Of a DNA stretch of 64,000 nucleotides, positions 40,209 to 51,175 are shown in pieces. A program made the translations under genes and the position numbers. Under the pieces are notes generated by a model that had not been told where the DNA came from, ran no database searches, and was given only the letters and a program-made list of their open reading frames with translations. Source of the stretch: an uncultured Planctomycetota bacterium (GTDB taxonomy: Bacteria; Planctomycetota; Planctomycetia; Isosphaerales; Isosphaeraceae); the NCBI GenBank assembly GCA_963737655.1, contig CAVTTN010000002.1, forward strand, positions 3,136,001 through 3,200,000, written 5' to 3'. The number at the start of each line of letters is the position of its first letter. Positions within the stretch are counted from its first letter, which is position 1.

Positions 40209-41516
40209 ATGGGCATTCGCGGTTTCGTCGTGCTGCTGGTGGCGGTCCCCGGTCTCGTGGCCCCGGCGCTGGCGGAGGACACGAAGGGCAAGGGGACGGT
40301 CGTCCTCCGGGCGGCCCGATTGATCGACGGCCGGGGCGGCCCGGCGATCTCGCCGGGGGTCGTGGTGGTCACGGACGACAGGATCGTCGCCGTGGGCGAT
40401 GGCGACGTCCGCATCCCCGAGGGCGCGAAGACCATCGACCTGGGCGATGCCACGTTGCTCCCGGGGTTCATCGATTGCCACACGCATATCATCGGGCGGC
40501 AACTGGGCGACCCCGGCAACGAGGCGGCGGGGGTGAAGGATTACGACTCCTACGGGGCCATCCTCGGCGTGGTCAACGCCCAGAAGACCCTGATGGCCGG
40601 GTTCACCACGATTCGCAACGTCGGCGCCGGCAATTTCGACGATATGGCCTTGAGGAAGGCCGTCGAGGAGGGCCGCATCCCCGGCCCGAGGATGAGGAAC
40701 GCCGGCCACGGGATCGGGATCACCGGCGGCCACGCCGACGAGAACGGATTCAAGCCCGGGCTGGCCGACGGCACGTTCAAGACCGGGATCGCCGACGGCC
40801 CCGAGCAGTGCCGCGCGGCCGTCCGCTACCAGGTGAAGTACGGCGCCGACGTGATCAAGGCCGTGGCGACCGGCGGAGTCCTGTCCGAGGGGGACGCCGT
40901 GGGGGCCACCCAGTACACGTATGAAGAGATGCAAGCCATCGTGAACGAGGCGAGGAAGCTCGAACGCAAGGTCGCGGCCCACGCCCACGGGGCCGAGGGG
41001 ATCAAGATCGCCACCGAGGCCGGCGTGGCCTCGATCGAGCACGGCTCGTTCCTGGACGACGAAGGGGCCGAGCTCATGGCCAGGCATGGCACCTACCTCG
41101 TCCCGACGCTCATGGCCGGCGAGGGCGTGGAGAAGGCCGCGCAAAGCGGCGTCCTGAAAGGGGATCGAGCCGAGAAGGCCCGGGCCGCCGCCAAGGGGAT
41201 GCGGTCGGCCATCAAACGGGCCGTGGCCCACAAGGTGCCGATCGCCCTGGGGACCGACGCCGGGGTGATCCCCCACGGCACGAACGCACGAGAATTCGTG
41301 TTGATGGTCGAATGGGGAGGGATGGCGCCGAAAGACGCGATCCTCGCCGGCACGAGGGACGCCGCCAGGCTCCTGGGCTGGGATGATCGCATCGGCACTC
41401 TCGAACCGAAGAAGCTCGCCGACGTGGTGGCCGTCGCGGGCGATCCCCTGGCCGACATCCACGCGATGGAAAGGCCCGTCTTCGTCATGAAAAATGGAGT
41501 GATCTACAAAAAGTAG
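40209..41516 (+). CDS. Secreted metal-dependent amidohydrolase (Xaa-Pro dipeptidase-like)
   Basis: PGFIDCHTH, TGGHAD, AAHAHG, IEHG, GTDAGV. Confidence 0.9.
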   Translation: MGIRGFVVLLVAVPGLVAPALAEDTKGKGTVVLRAARLIDGRGGPAISPGVVVVTDDRIVAVGDGDVRIPEGAKTIDLGDATLLPGFIDCHTHIIGRQLGDPGNEAAGVKDYDSYGAILGVVNAQKTLMAGFTTIRNVGAGNFDDMALRKAVEEGRIPGPRMRNAGHGIGITGGHADENGFKPGLADGTFKTGIADGPEQCRAAVRYQVKYGADVIKAVATGGVLSEGDAVGATQYTYEEMQAIVNEARKLERKVAAHAHGAEGIKIATEAGVASIEHGSFLDDEGAELMARHGTYLVPTLMAGEGVEKAAQSGVLKGDRAEKARAAAKGMRSAIKRAVAHKVPIALGTDAGVIPHGTNAREFVLMVEWGGMAPKDAILAGTRDAARLLGWDDRIGTLEPKKLADVVAVAGDPLADIHAMERPVFVMKNGVIYKK

Positions 41517-41606
41517 GGTGCATGAAATGCACCATCTTCGATTCGGTCTCGCCTCTTGCGAGATCGAGCCGCGAGTGGTTCGCGCACCCGACCGGAGACT
41601 TCGTCC

Positions 41607-42707
41607 TTGAATCTCGCCGTCGAATCCCCCGCCCTCCTGCCCGAGCCCCCGCCGATCGTCCGCGAGCCGTTCGCGATCGGCGGCGTCCCGATCCCCTCGC
41701 GGTTCTTCCTCGCCCCGCTGGCCGGGTATACGAGCCTCGCCTATCGTTTGGCGGTCCGCGAGAACGGCGGTCTCGGGCTGGCGACGACCGACCTCGTGAA
41801 CGCCCGAGCGATCCTCGAGAACCGGCCGAGGTCGGCCGAGCTTTCCCAGACTTGCCCCGAAGATAGGCCGGTCGCGATCCAGATCTATGGCGTGGACCAC
41901 GCCGAGATGAGCGAGGCCGCCCGGAGGATGGTGGATCGCGGGGCCACGATCATCGACATCAACATGGGCTGCCCGGTCCGCAAGGTCGTGAAGACGGGCG
42001 GCGGCTCGGCCCTGATGTGCGATTCGAACTCGGCCACGAGGCTGGTCGAGGCCATCGTGGGCGCGGTCGACGTGCCGGTGACGGTCAAGATGAGGCTGGG
42101 CTGGGACGACGAGACGCTCTCCGCCCCCGAGCTGGCCCGGAGGTTCGAATCGGTGGGCGCGGCGGCGGTGATCCTCCACGGCCGGACCCGGGCCCAGGGG
42201 TTCCGCGGCGGAGTGAACCGCGACGGGATCCGCGAGACGGTGGAGGCCGTCGAGAGGATGCCGATCGTCGGCAACGGCGACGTCCGGACGATCGCCGACG
42301 CCGCGGCGATGCTCCGCGAGACGGGCTGTTCGGCGGTCTCCATCGGCCGGGGGTCCCTGGCCAACCCGTTCCTGTTCCGGCAACTGGAACACTGGGGCCG
42401 GACGGGCCATCCGGGGCCGGAGCCGACGTTCTCGGAGCGAGTGGACGTGATGGCCCGGCACTTCCGCCGGCTGGTGGAACATCGAGGCGAGCGGACGGCG
42501 TGCCTGGAGTTCCGCAAGCTGATCAAGTGGTACAACTACGCGATCCGGCCGCCCAAGGCGCTGTACCACCGCCTGATCAACCTGGGCGGCGCGGCCCTGT
42601 TTGAAGAGGTCGTGAAGGCGATCCGGGATTCGGGGCCGACGTCGCGCCTGCCCGGGCATTTCGAGCCGAGGGTTCCCGTCCCCGGCGGACCGATTGACAA
42701 GTGGTGA
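41607..42707 (+). CDS. dusB: tRNA dihydrouridine synthase; start approximate
   Basis: LAPLAG, DINMGCP, TVKMRLGWD, HGRT, GNGDV, IGRG. Confidence 0.9.
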   Translation: MNLAVESPALLPEPPPIVREPFAIGGVPIPSRFFLAPLAGYTSLAYRLAVRENGGLGLATTDLVNARAILENRPRSAELSQTCPEDRPVAIQIYGVDHAEMSEAARRMVDRGATIIDINMGCPVRKVVKTGGGSALMCDSNSATRLVEAIVGAVDVPVTVKMRLGWDDETLSAPELARRFESVGAAAVILHGRTRAQGFRGGVNRDGIRETVEAVERMPIVGNGDVRTIADAAAMLRETGCSAVSIGRGSLANPFLFRQLEHWGRTGHPGPEPTFSERVDVMARHFRRLVEHRGERTACLEFRKLIKWYNYAIRPPKALYHRLINLGGAALFEEVVKAIRDSGPTSRLPGHFEPRVPVPGGPIDKW

Positions 42708-42738
42708 TCGGTCCACCGGGCCCGGAGTCAACCCGCGA

Positions 42739-43065
42739 TCAGCCGACGATCGTGTTGACGACCTCGGCCAGCTCGCGCCCGGCGTCGGTCAGGTAGTAGA
42801 AGTTGTGCTTGCCGGAGCGTCGGGGCTCGATCAGGCGGCCGTGGCGGAGCAGGGCGAGGTGGTGGCTCACGGCCGGCTGGCTCTGAGTGCCGAGGTCCTG
42901 GCAGAGCTCGGAGACGTTCCTCTCCTTCTCGGTCAGGAGCATGAGGACCTGGAGCCGGGTGGGGTCGGAGACCTGCTTGAGCAGGTCGGCGGCCTGGCGG
43001 ATCTGCGAGGACGGGCGCTGGGCCGAGGCGGTCTTCGACGTCTTGGTCTTCGGAGAAGCGGCCAT
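42739..43065 (-). CDS. ArsR/SmtB family transcriptional regulator
   Basis: SDPTRLQVL, SQPAVSHHLALLR, RRSGKHNFYYL. Confidence 0.9.
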   Translation of the reverse strand: MAASPKTKTSKTASAQRPSSQIRQAADLLKQVSDPTRLQVLMLLTEKERNVSELCQDLGTQSQPAVSHHLALLRHGRLIEPRRSGKHNFYYLTDAGRELAEVVNTIVG

Positions 43066-43152
43066 GACAGGACCTCGAACGAGTTGTTGGGGACGGACCG
43101 ATGGGTCGGGCGGAAGCGTGCGACTCAGACTTGGGATTCACGCTCTCATAGG

Positions 43153-43181
43153 ATGATATACATTCCAAATCCGAACGTCAA
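43153..43181 (-). promoter_or_regulatory. Sigma-70 promoter for the ArsR gene (TTGACG-N17-TATCAT)
   Basis: Near-consensus hexamers with a 17-nt spacer on the minus strand. Confidence 0.6.
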
Positions 43182-43392
43182 GCCTGAAACAGACTGAATG
43201 CAAGGCGAAATCACGCCTTCTTGAATGTGAACGAATGTTCGCGATGTGACGATCGTCGGGGTCATGTGGGCGCGGCGCCGCGGCGTCACGACGGGCCGGG
43301 GCCGGCGTAGGGAGTGGTGAGCGGATCGGCCCGTCGAGGGGCGACGCCCGGCAGCCCGGAAGCGCCATCCAGAGAAGAGATTGGGGGCGGAG

Positions 43393-43599
43393 ATGCTCGT
43401 CCTGACCAGGAAGATCGGGGAGAAGATCCACATCGGCGACCATGTGGTGGTCACGGTCGTGAGGATCCAGAACGACAAGGTCCGGATCGGGATCGACGCG
43501 CCGCCGGAGGTCGTCGTCCACCGCGAGGAGGTCCACGAGCGGGCCCTCCGGGCCCGGCGGCCGGGCGACCTCCCCGCGGCCTCCGCCGCCGAGGAGTGA
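43393..43599 (+). CDS. csrA: Carbon storage regulator CsrA
   Basis: MLVLTRKIGEKIHIG...KVRIGIDAP...VHREEV. Confidence 0.92.
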   Translation: MLVLTRKIGEKIHIGDHVVVTVVRIQNDKVRIGIDAPPEVVVHREEVHERALRARRPGDLPAASAAEE

Positions 43600-43803
43600 C
43601 CCCCGAGACTCCCTCCACGAACCGGAGGCGCACTCCTTCCCTTCCTCCCGACATATTCGAGAGCGTTGGCCATCGCCCCGGGCGCGCGCCCCTTCGCGCC
43701 GGCCGGGAGATCTGATAGGCTCAGCCTCCTCCGCGACGACCCCCGCCGGGCCCCGACCCGGCGCGGGGCGTTCGCGCGTCGAGTCGCCGTCAAGGGGTCG
43801 AGG

Positions 43804-44841
43804 ATGATCATCGTCTTGAAGCCCAATCCTTCCGCCGAGCAGGTCCGCCACGTCGTCGAGCGGATCGAGGAGCTCGGGCTGGTTCCCCACCTCAGCCAGG
43901 GCGTCTCCCGGACGATCATCGGCGTGATCGGCGACGAGGAGAAGCTCCAGGCCGAGCCCCTCCAGGCGATCGAGGGCGTGGAGTCCGTCGTCCCGATCCT
44001 CAAGCCGTTCAAGCTGGCCAGCCGCGAGTTCCACCGCGAGGAATCGGTCTTCGACGTCAAGGGCGTGAAGGTCGGCGGCGGCCACCTGATGATGATCGCC
44101 GGCCCCTGCGCGATCGAGTCCGAGGAGCGCCTGGTCGAGATCGCCGAGGTCGTCAAGGACGCCGGGGCGAACGTCCTCCGGGGCGGCGCCTACAAGCCTC
44201 GGACCAGTCCCTATAGCTTCCAGGGACTCGGCGAGGACGGCCTCAAGATCCTCCGGGCCGCCGGGGAGCGGTTCGACATGCCGGTGGTCACCGAGGTCAT
44301 GGACCCCCGCCAGGTCGAGACCGTCGAGAAGTATGCCGACCTGATCCAGATCGGCGCCCGGAACATGCAGAATTTCGACCTCCTGAAGGAAGTCGGCCGG
44401 ACCCGCACCCCGGTCCTCCTCAAGCGGGGGATGAGCGCGACGGTCAAGGACCTTCTGATGAGTGCCGAGTATGTCCTGGCCCAGGGGAACATGCGGGTGA
44501 TCCTCTGCGAGAGGGGCGTCCGCTCGTTCGAGGACTCGACCCGGAACATGATGGACCTCTCGGCCGTCCCGAACGTGAAGGGTCAGAGCCACCTGCCGAT
44601 CATCGTGGACCCGAGCCACGCGACGGGCCGCCCGGACCTGATCCCGCCCATGGCCCGGGCCGGGCTGGCCGCGGGGGCCGACGGGGTCCACGTCGAGGTC
44701 CACACCTGCCCGGAGAAGGCCCTCTCCGACGGCCCCCAGGCCCTCCTGCCGGCGGCCTACGCCCGGCTGATGGACGAGCTTCGGGCCCTGGCGGAGCTCA
44801 TGGGCAAGACGATCGACGTCCGCGAAGGGGTCCCCGCCTGA
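43804..44841 (+). CDS. aroF: DAHP synthase (type I-beta), second paralog
   Basis: [39 protein letters not shown]. Confidence 0.92.
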   Translation: MIIVLKPNPSAEQVRHVVERIEELGLVPHLSQGVSRTIIGVIGDEEKLQAEPLQAIEGVESVVPILKPFKLASREFHREESVFDVKGVKVGGGHLMMIAGPCAIESEERLVEIAEVVKDAGANVLRGGAYKPRTSPYSFQGLGEDGLKILRAAGERFDMPVVTEVMDPRQVETVEKYADLIQIGARNMQNFDLLKEVGRTRTPVLLKRGMSATVKDLLMSAEYVLAQGNMRVILCERGVRSFEDSTRNMMDLSAVPNVKGQSHLPIIVDPSHATGRPDLIPPMARAGLAAGADGVHVEVHTCPEKALSDGPQALLPAAYARLMDELRALAELMGKTIDVREGVPA

Positions 44842-44842
44842 C

Positions 44843-45619
44843 ATGCGCCCTCTCTTCATCGCCGGCAACTGGAAGATGAACCCGCCGACCCTGGAGGCCG
44901 CCTCGGCCCTGGCCGAGGAGGTCAAGAAGGGCGTCGGCGCCGAGGTCTCGCCCCGGGTCGCGATCTGCCCGCCCTCGGTGTTCCTCCATGCCCTGGATCG
45001 CATCCTCGCCGGTTCTCCCATCGGCCTCGGCGCCCAGAACATGCACGGCAAGCCCGACGGCGCGTATACCGGCGAGCTCTGCGGCCCGATGCTCGTCGAT
45101 GCCGGATGCACTCATGTCATCCTAGGACACTCCGAGAGACGCCACGGGATGGGCGAGACCGACGCCCAGGTCAACGGCAAGCTGACGGCCGCGCTGAAGG
45201 TCGGCCTGATCCCGATCGTCTGCATCGGCGAGACCCTGGAGGAGCGCGAGGCCGACCGGACCGAAGCGGTCGTGGCGGCCCAGCTCGAAGGCTCCCTGAC
45301 GGGCCTGGCCGCCGAGCAGATGGCCGGGGTGGTCCTGGCGTATGAGCCGGTCTGGGCGATCGGCACGGGCCGGGTGGCCTCTCCCGAGCAGGCCCAGGCC
45401 GTCCATGCCTTCATCCGGGGCCGCCTGGAGTCGATGTTCGACCAGGCGACGGCGGGGCGGGTCGTTGTCCAGTACGGGGGGAGCGTCAAGGCGGACAACG
45501 CCCGGGACCTCCTGGCCTGCCCGGACATCGACGGCGCCCTAGTCGGCGGGGCCAGCCTCAAGGCCGCCGAGTTCCTCGGCATCATCGCCGCCGGCCGGGC
45601 CGTCGCCGCCCATCCCTGA
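44843..45619 (+). CDS. tpiA: Triosephosphate isomerase
   Basis: [37 protein letters not shown]. Confidence 0.97.
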   Translation: MRPLFIAGNWKMNPPTLEAASALAEEVKKGVGAEVSPRVAICPPSVFLHALDRILAGSPIGLGAQNMHGKPDGAYTGELCGPMLVDAGCTHVILGHSERRHGMGETDAQVNGKLTAALKVGLIPIVCIGETLEEREADRTEAVVAAQLEGSLTGLAAEQMAGVVLAYEPVWAIGTGRVASPEQAQAVHAFIRGRLESMFDQATAGRVVVQYGGSVKADNARDLLACPDIDGALVGGASLKAAEFLGIIAAGRAVAAHP

Positions 45620-45693
45620 TCCCGACCCGACCCCTCCCGATCCGAACCCTTCGCTTTCGCGAGATCGCGCCCCTAGTCCCGAGGAATCCGGCC

Positions 45694-46221
45694 GTGGTGA
45701 ATTTCCTGATCGGCTTGGCGAACGTCTTGATGGTCATCACCTCGCTGTTCCTGATCGGCCTGGTCCTGATCCAGAGGGGCAAGGGCGGAGGGCTCGCCGG
45801 GGCGTTCGGCGGGGCCGGCGGCTCCAGCGCCTTCGGCACCAAGGCCGGCGACGTCTTCACCCGGATCACCATCTTCACCGCCGGATTCTGGTTCCTCCTG
45901 GCCCTGTTCCTGGTCTATGCGAGCAATTCGAAGTCGAAATCGGCCTTCGACCGCGAGATCGAGCAAAAAGGCTCGCGAGACGCCGGCGCCGGGGCCGGTT
46001 TGGATCCGGACAAGGACAAGCCGCCCCTCGCCACCGACAAGGACAAGGCCCCGGCCGGCGAGCCGGCCGTCGAGCCCGCGCGACCGCCGATCGACGGCGT
46101 GCCGAAGAAGACGACCGACGGCCCGGTCGTCCCCCTGAACCCGGCCGACGCCGGGGCGAAGGCGAGCTCGAACCCGCCTCCGGCCCCTCCGGGCACCCCG
46201 CCCACGACGCCCAAGCCCTGA
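45694..46221 (+). CDS. secG: Preprotein translocase subunit SecG with a Pro-rich C-terminal tail
   Basis: [17 protein letters not shown], two TM helices; follows tpiA. Confidence 0.9.
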   Translation: MVNFLIGLANVLMVITSLFLIGLVLIQRGKGGGLAGAFGGAGGSSAFGTKAGDVFTRITIFTAGFWFLLALFLVYASNSKSKSAFDREIEQKGSRDAGAGAGLDPDKDKPPLATDKDKAPAGEPAVEPARPPIDGVPKKTTDGPVVPLNPADAGAKASSNPPPAPPGTPPTTPKP

Positions 46222-46335
46222 TCGATCGGGCGGCCTTCGCGGCCCGCCCGGTTGGTTCCCCAGCCCCTCGTCGAGGCGGCGGCCCCTTCGGAGAGGCCCC
46301 GCCTCGGCCCCGTTCGCTCCGTTGGCGAGGTCCGA

Positions 46336-47211
46336 GTGCTCCTGAGCATGACTGGATTCGGTGAGGCCCGCTCCGTCGACGACCGCCTGACGGTCATCGC
46401 CGAACTCCGCGCCGTGAATAATCGTCACCTGAAGCTCAACGCGCGGATCAGCGACCCGTTCTCCGCCCTGGAGCCGGACTTCGAGAGGCTGATCCGCGAG
46501 ACGATCCGCCGGGGGACGATCCAGTTCTCGCTCCGGGTCGAGAGGCCCCGCCGGGCCGAGGATTACCGGCTGAACCTCGTGGCGCTGTCGAGCTATCGGG
46601 ACCAGGTCGTCTCGATGCTCGGCCCGGGATCGCCTCCGCCGGACCTCGCGGCCCTGCTCGGCCTGCCGGGGGTCGTCGAGGGCCGGAACCATCAGGCCGA
46701 CGACCCCCGCGAGGAGTGGCCGAAGCTCGCCCAGGTCGTCGGCGAGGCCGTCGAGAAGCTCCAGGCCAGCCGGGCCGAGGAAGGCCGCGCGATGGCCTCC
46801 GAGCTGCTCTCCCTGGCTCGCCTGTTCGCCGGACAGCTCGACCACGTGGCCCGCCGGGGGCCGGAGATCGTCTCGGCCTATCAGTCCCGCCTGATCGAGA
46901 GGGTCCAGGCCCTGGTCAAGGACCGCGTGACGATCGAGCCCAAGGACCTGATCCGCGAGGTCGCCATCCTCGCCGAGAGGGCGGACATCGCCGAGGAGAT
47001 CGTCCGCCTCCGGGCCCATCTCCAGCAGTTCGAGGCCGTGATCGCCGAGCCCGAGAGCGCCGGCCGGAAGCTGGAATTCGTGGTCCAGGAGATGGGCCGG
47101 GAGACCAACACCATCGGCTCCAAGGCCAACGATGTTGAGATCAGCCGGTCGGTCGTCGAGATGAAGGGGCTGCTGGAGAAGATCCGCGAGCTGATCCTGA
47201 ATATCGAATGA
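46336..47211 (+). CDS. yicC: YicC/YloC family endoribonuclease
   Basis: SMTGFG, AVNNRHL, GRKLEFVVQEMGRETNTIGSK. Confidence 0.92.
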   Translation: MLLSMTGFGEARSVDDRLTVIAELRAVNNRHLKLNARISDPFSALEPDFERLIRETIRRGTIQFSLRVERPRRAEDYRLNLVALSSYRDQVVSMLGPGSPPPDLAALLGLPGVVEGRNHQADDPREEWPKLAQVVGEAVEKLQASRAEEGRAMASELLSLARLFAGQLDHVARRGPEIVSAYQSRLIERVQALVKDRVTIEPKDLIREVAILAERADIAEEIVRLRAHLQQFEAVIAEPESAGRKLEFVVQEMGRETNTIGSKANDVEISRSVVEMKGLLEKIRELILNIE

Positions 47212-47254
47212 ATCGGTCGGATCGAACGTCCGACCGAAGGAGGGCATCCGCCTG

Positions 47255-47863
47255 ATGTGGGTGGCCGGCTGGGGGGAATTGCCCGGGCATCTGGTGATCG
47301 TCTCGGGCCCGTCGGGGTCCGGGAAGAGTACGCTGGTACGCCGGGTCCTCCGGAGGCCGGACGTCCGGGCGAAGCTCTCGGTCTCGGCCACCACCCGCGC
47401 CCCCCGGCCGGGCGAGGTCCCCGGCGAGCACTATGACTTCCTGGATCGGGACGAGTTCCAGGGCCGGGTCGAGCGAAACGCCTTCCTGGAATGGGCGGAG
47501 TTCTCCGGGAACCTCTACGGGACGCCCGCCGAGCCGGTCCTCGAATCGCTCCGCGAGGGATTCGGCGTGATCCTGGAGATCGAGGTCCAGGGCGCCATGC
47601 AGGTCCGCGAAAAGGCGCCGTCGGCACTGTTCGTGTTCATCGACGTCCCCCGGTTCTGGGAGCTGGAGAAGAGGCTGCGGGCCCGGGGCACGGAGGATGA
47701 CGCGACGATCCACCGCCGGCTCGTCCGGGGGCGGGCCGAACGCGACGAAGCCCATCGCTACGACGTGACAATCATCAATGACGACCTGGAGAGCGCGGTC
47801 GATCGTCTCGCCGCCCTCCTGGTGGAACACGGTTGCGGAGGTCCCCTCGCCGATGCTCGATGA
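47255..47863 (+). CDS. gmk: Guanylate kinase
   Basis: [25 protein letters not shown]. Confidence 0.95.
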   Translation: MWVAGWGELPGHLVIVSGPSGSGKSTLVRRVLRRPDVRAKLSVSATTRAPRPGEVPGEHYDFLDRDEFQGRVERNAFLEWAEFSGNLYGTPAEPVLESLREGFGVILEIEVQGAMQVREKAPSALFVFIDVPRFWELEKRLRARGTEDDATIHRRLVRGRAERDEAHRYDVTIINDDLESAVDRLAALLVEHGCGGPLADAR

Positions 47864-48119
47864 ACTGAAGGAAGAAGAGATCGTCAACAAGGTCGGAGGC
47901 CGGTTCAAGCTCTCGACCCTGATCCAGAAACGGATGATCGCGCTGAATCAGGGCGCACGTCCACTCGTGGACATGCGATCGCCGGACAAGATGGCGATCG
48001 TGATCCAGGAGATCATGCAGAACAAGATCTACCTGGACCTCTCGGGCAATCTCCAGTCGATGGCGGAGACCGAGGCGGACGAGCCCGAGACGGTCGATCT
48101 GACGCAACCCTCAGAGTAG
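47853..48119 (+). CDS. rpoZ: RNA polymerase omega subunit
   Basis: [15 protein letters not shown]; position after gmk. Confidence 0.85.
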   Translation: MLDELKEEEIVNKVGGRFKLSTLIQKRMIALNQGARPLVDMRSPDKMAIVIQEIMQNKIYLDLSGNLQSMAETEADEPETVDLTQPSE

Positions 48120-48254
48120 GCGGAACCTCTCCCCGACCCCCCGAATCCCCCGGGGATCGCCGAAGCGGGCCCGGCGCCGAGGACGATCCCAGGGAGGGTC
48201 GCGCTCGTCGGGGGCCCCTCGCCCCTCGACGGCTCGCGCGCCCGAGGGGGAGCG

Positions 48255-50528
48255 ATGTCGGACCGTCCTCGATTGCGAAGCCACGGCCTGGCCCTGGCCC
48301 TGCTCTTCGGCGTTGCGTTCCTGGCGCTCAGCCTGGTCGGCTACGACCCGGCCGACCCGCCCGGATCGGCGGTCGAGCCTCCGCGCTCCCCGCCGAGCAA
48401 CCCGTGCGGGCCGGTCGGGGCGATCCTGGCGCATCTTTTGTTCTCCACGGTCGGCTGGGGGGCGTTCCTGCTCCTCTACGGGCTGGCGGTGGTGGTCGGC
48501 CTGGCCTTCCGTCGCAAGAGCTTCCCCGAGAAGGGCCAGAGGCTCGCCGGGATCGCGATGGTCACGTTCGTCCTGGCGTCGGCCCTCGCCCGGTTCGCGC
48601 CGGGCCTGCGGCCGTGCCCCCCGGTGGGGCCCGGGGGCTACGTCGGCGCGTTCGCCGTGGCGTTCCTCGGCGGCCAGTTCGGGCCGGTCGGGACGATCCT
48701 GATCCTCTCGGCCCTGGCCCTGGTCGGCGGCGCCCTCTGTTCGGATGTCCTGATCGTCTGGCCCATGCGAGAACTCGCCAGGCTGGCCAGGAGGCCGCAC
48801 CCCGCCACCTCGCCCGCCCTCTCCGAGATGCCCGAACCGGCCCCAGGCCCGATCTTCGCGATGATCGAGCCGCCGGCGCCGACTCCCCGGCTCGAAGGCC
48901 CGACCGGCCGCCCCTCGCTGCTCCGAAGCGTCGAGGGCCCGCCCCCGGTCACGGTCCACGGCGGATCGACGACCCTGGCGACCCGGGGGAACGCGTCGGC
49001 ATCACCTCGGCCGGTCTCGCCCGGGGGGTTCCAGATCCCGCCGATGGACCTCCTCGAACCCCCCCCGCCGTTCCCGATCCAGGAGCATGAGGCCAAGATC
49101 CAGGCCCGCGCCATGCTCCTGGAAAAGACCCTCCTGGAACACGGCTGCCAGGTCCGCGTGGTCCAGATCGATACCGGGCCGGTCATCACCCAGTTCGAGA
49201 TCGAGCTGGAGGCCGGCTTGCGCGTCTCGAAGGTCGCCGGCCTCTCCAATGACCTGGCCATCGCCCTGGCCGTGCCGAGCGTCCGCATCGTCGCGCCGAT
49301 CCCGGGCAAGACGACGGTGGGGATCGAGGTGCCGAACGAGAGGCGGGGGATGGTCAAGCTCGGCGATGTCCTGAACGGCGTGGGCCCCCGGCTCGAACGG
49401 CTGAGAATCCCCCTCTTCCTGGGCAAGGACGTGAAGGGCCAGCCCCTGGCGTTCGACCTGGCCGACATGCCCCACCTCCTGATCGCCGGCCGGACCGGCA
49501 CGGGCAAATCGGTCTGCCTGAACGCGATGATCCTCTCCATCCTCATGACCAAGAGGCCCGACGAGGTCAAGCTGCTGTTGATCGACCCCAAGATGGTCGA
49601 GCTCTCGCAGTTCAAGCGAATCCCCCACCTGATGCACCCGGTCGTCACCGACATGAAGAAGGCCGAAAGCCTCCTCGCCTGGGCCTGCGACAAGATGGAC
49701 GAACGGTACGGCTACCTCCAGAGGGCCGGGGTCCGCAACATCCAGGCCTATAACGCGCTCGGCCCCGAGGAGATCTTCAACCGGATGAGGCCCGAATCCG
49801 ACGAGGAACGCGGCCGAATCCCCGACTTCATGCCGTACATCGTGATCATCGCCGACGAGATGGCGGACCTCATGATGACGGCGGCCAAGGAGGTCGAGTC
49901 GCACATCGTCCGGCTCGCCCAGAAGGCCCGGGCGGCCGGGATCCACCTGATCCTGGCCACCCAGAGGCCGACCGTCGACGTCATCACCGGCCTGATCAAG
50001 GGGAACATGCCGGCCCGGATCGCCTTCCAGGTCACCAGCCGGAACGATTCGCGGGTCGTCCTGGACGAGATGGGGGCCGACAAGCTCCTGGGCAACGGCG
50101 ACATGCTGTTCCTCGTCCCGGGGACGTCCCACATCGTCCGCGCCCAGGGCACGTATGTTTCCGATGCCGAGGTCAACCGCGTCTGCGGCTACCTGGAGCA
50201 ATATCCGGTCGAGTTCAGCAAGGAGCTGATCGGCCTGCCCGCCGGAGGGGCCGCCGGCAAGGACCGAGGCGCCGCCCTGAAGGAACGCGACGAGATGTAC
50301 GAGCCGGCCATCGAGATCATCATCCGCGAAGGCCGAGGGTCCACGTCCTTGCTCCAAAGGGCCCTGGGGATCGGCTACGGCCGGGCCGCCCGCCTGATCG
50401 ACTTCATGGCCGAAGACGGGATCGTCGGCGAATACAAGAGCGGGTCGGCCCGCGAGGTCCTCTATTCCTGGGAAGAATGGGAGGCCATCAAGAACGGCGG
50501 GGAACCCCCGGCCGAATCGGCGGCGTGA
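48255..50528 (+). CDS. ftsK: DNA translocase FtsK
   Basis: N-terminal TM region, PHLLIAGRTGTGKS, LATQRP, LLGNGDML, gamma domain LQRALGIGYGRAARLID. Confidence 0.95.
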   Translation: MSDRPRLRSHGLALALLFGVAFLALSLVGYDPADPPGSAVEPPRSPPSNPCGPVGAILAHLLFSTVGWGAFLLLYGLAVVVGLAFRRKSFPEKGQRLAGIAMVTFVLASALARFAPGLRPCPPVGPGGYVGAFAVAFLGGQFGPVGTILILSALALVGGALCSDVLIVWPMRELARLARRPHPATSPALSEMPEPAPGPIFAMIEPPAPTPRLEGPTGRPSLLRSVEGPPPVTVHGGSTTLATRGNASASPRPVSPGGFQIPPMDLLEPPPPFPIQEHEAKIQARAMLLEKTLLEHGCQVRVVQIDTGPVITQFEIELEAGLRVSKVAGLSNDLAIALAVPSVRIVAPIPGKTTVGIEVPNERRGMVKLGDVLNGVGPRLERLRIPLFLGKDVKGQPLAFDLADMPHLLIAGRTGTGKSVCLNAMILSILMTKRPDEVKLLLIDPKMVELSQFKRIPHLMHPVVTDMKKAESLLAWACDKMDERYGYLQRAGVRNIQAYNALGPEEIFNRMRPESDEERGRIPDFMPYIVIIADEMADLMMTAAKEVESHIVRLAQKARAAGIHLILATQRPTVDVITGLIKGNMPARIAFQVTSRNDSRVVLDEMGADKLLGNGDMLFLVPGTSHIVRAQGTYVSDAEVNRVCGYLEQYPVEFSKELIGLPAGGAAGKDRGAALKERDEMYEPAIEIIIREGRGSTSLLQRALGIGYGRAARLIDFMAEDGIVGEYKSGSAREVLYSWEEWEAIKNGGEPPAESAA

Positions 50529-50628
50529 GGCGGGGGAGATCGATTCGCCGATGGCCGAGGAGCCATGCGGTCGGGGAAGACCGACGGCTTCCGGCAAGCG
50601 CAGAGGATGCGGGCGACCCGGGGAGTCC

Positions 50629-51040
50629 TCAAACCTCGTAATATTTGTCGCGTTCCGCGAGGAAAAACCCGGCTCCGGTCTCGTGCCCTTCCAGGAGGTA
50701 CGATTCCAGGAATTCGAGGGGCGCAATCTTCTGCCCGAGCCTCCTTCTCCCGGCGTTCGCGAAAGGGGTCGGTCGAGTCCGTCCCGGATTCGAGGAGGCC
50801 GCGGTAGTTCGTCAGGAGCCCTCGGACCGTCTCCAGTCCCTCGATCGCCGGGAACCAGCGGTCGTCCAGCGGACCGTCCGGGCCCTTGTAGATCAAGAAA
50901 TGGCCGAGCGGGACCAACGCCAGGAACTGGCAGGCCGAATCGTAGACGTGGCTGAGGTCGAGGAGCTCGCCGGAGAGGGGGATCGTGTCGGAGCCCCGGC
51001 AAGGCCGGTCGAACCGCAGAAACCAGCGTTCTTCTCGCAT
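50629..51040 (-). CDS. Hypothetical protein, probable frameshift near 50762
   Basis: Protein-like N-terminus; an alternative frame gives a natural-looking end LGQKIAPLEFLESYLLEG...KYYEV* that avoids overlap with ftsK. Confidence 0.45.
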
Positions 51041-51175
51041 GGCGCTTCTTTCTCGGAGGGGGAATTCGGAGGCGCATGGCCGGTCTCCCTCTCGGATTCA
51101 CGCGGCGGATGCCCTGGCCGAGGGAGCTTCGGTTTGAGTCGCCATGATCCCGGGAAGTTTCCCTAAAAGACGCGT

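Noticed and set aside
43600..43803. Attenuator upstream of the second aroF
   Set aside because: There is a GC hairpin but no T tail and no aromatic-rich leader ORF.
48255..50528. ftsK without neighbouring cell-division genes as a novelty
   Set aside because: ftsK is commonly located outside dcw clusters, and its retention in planctomycetes is already known.
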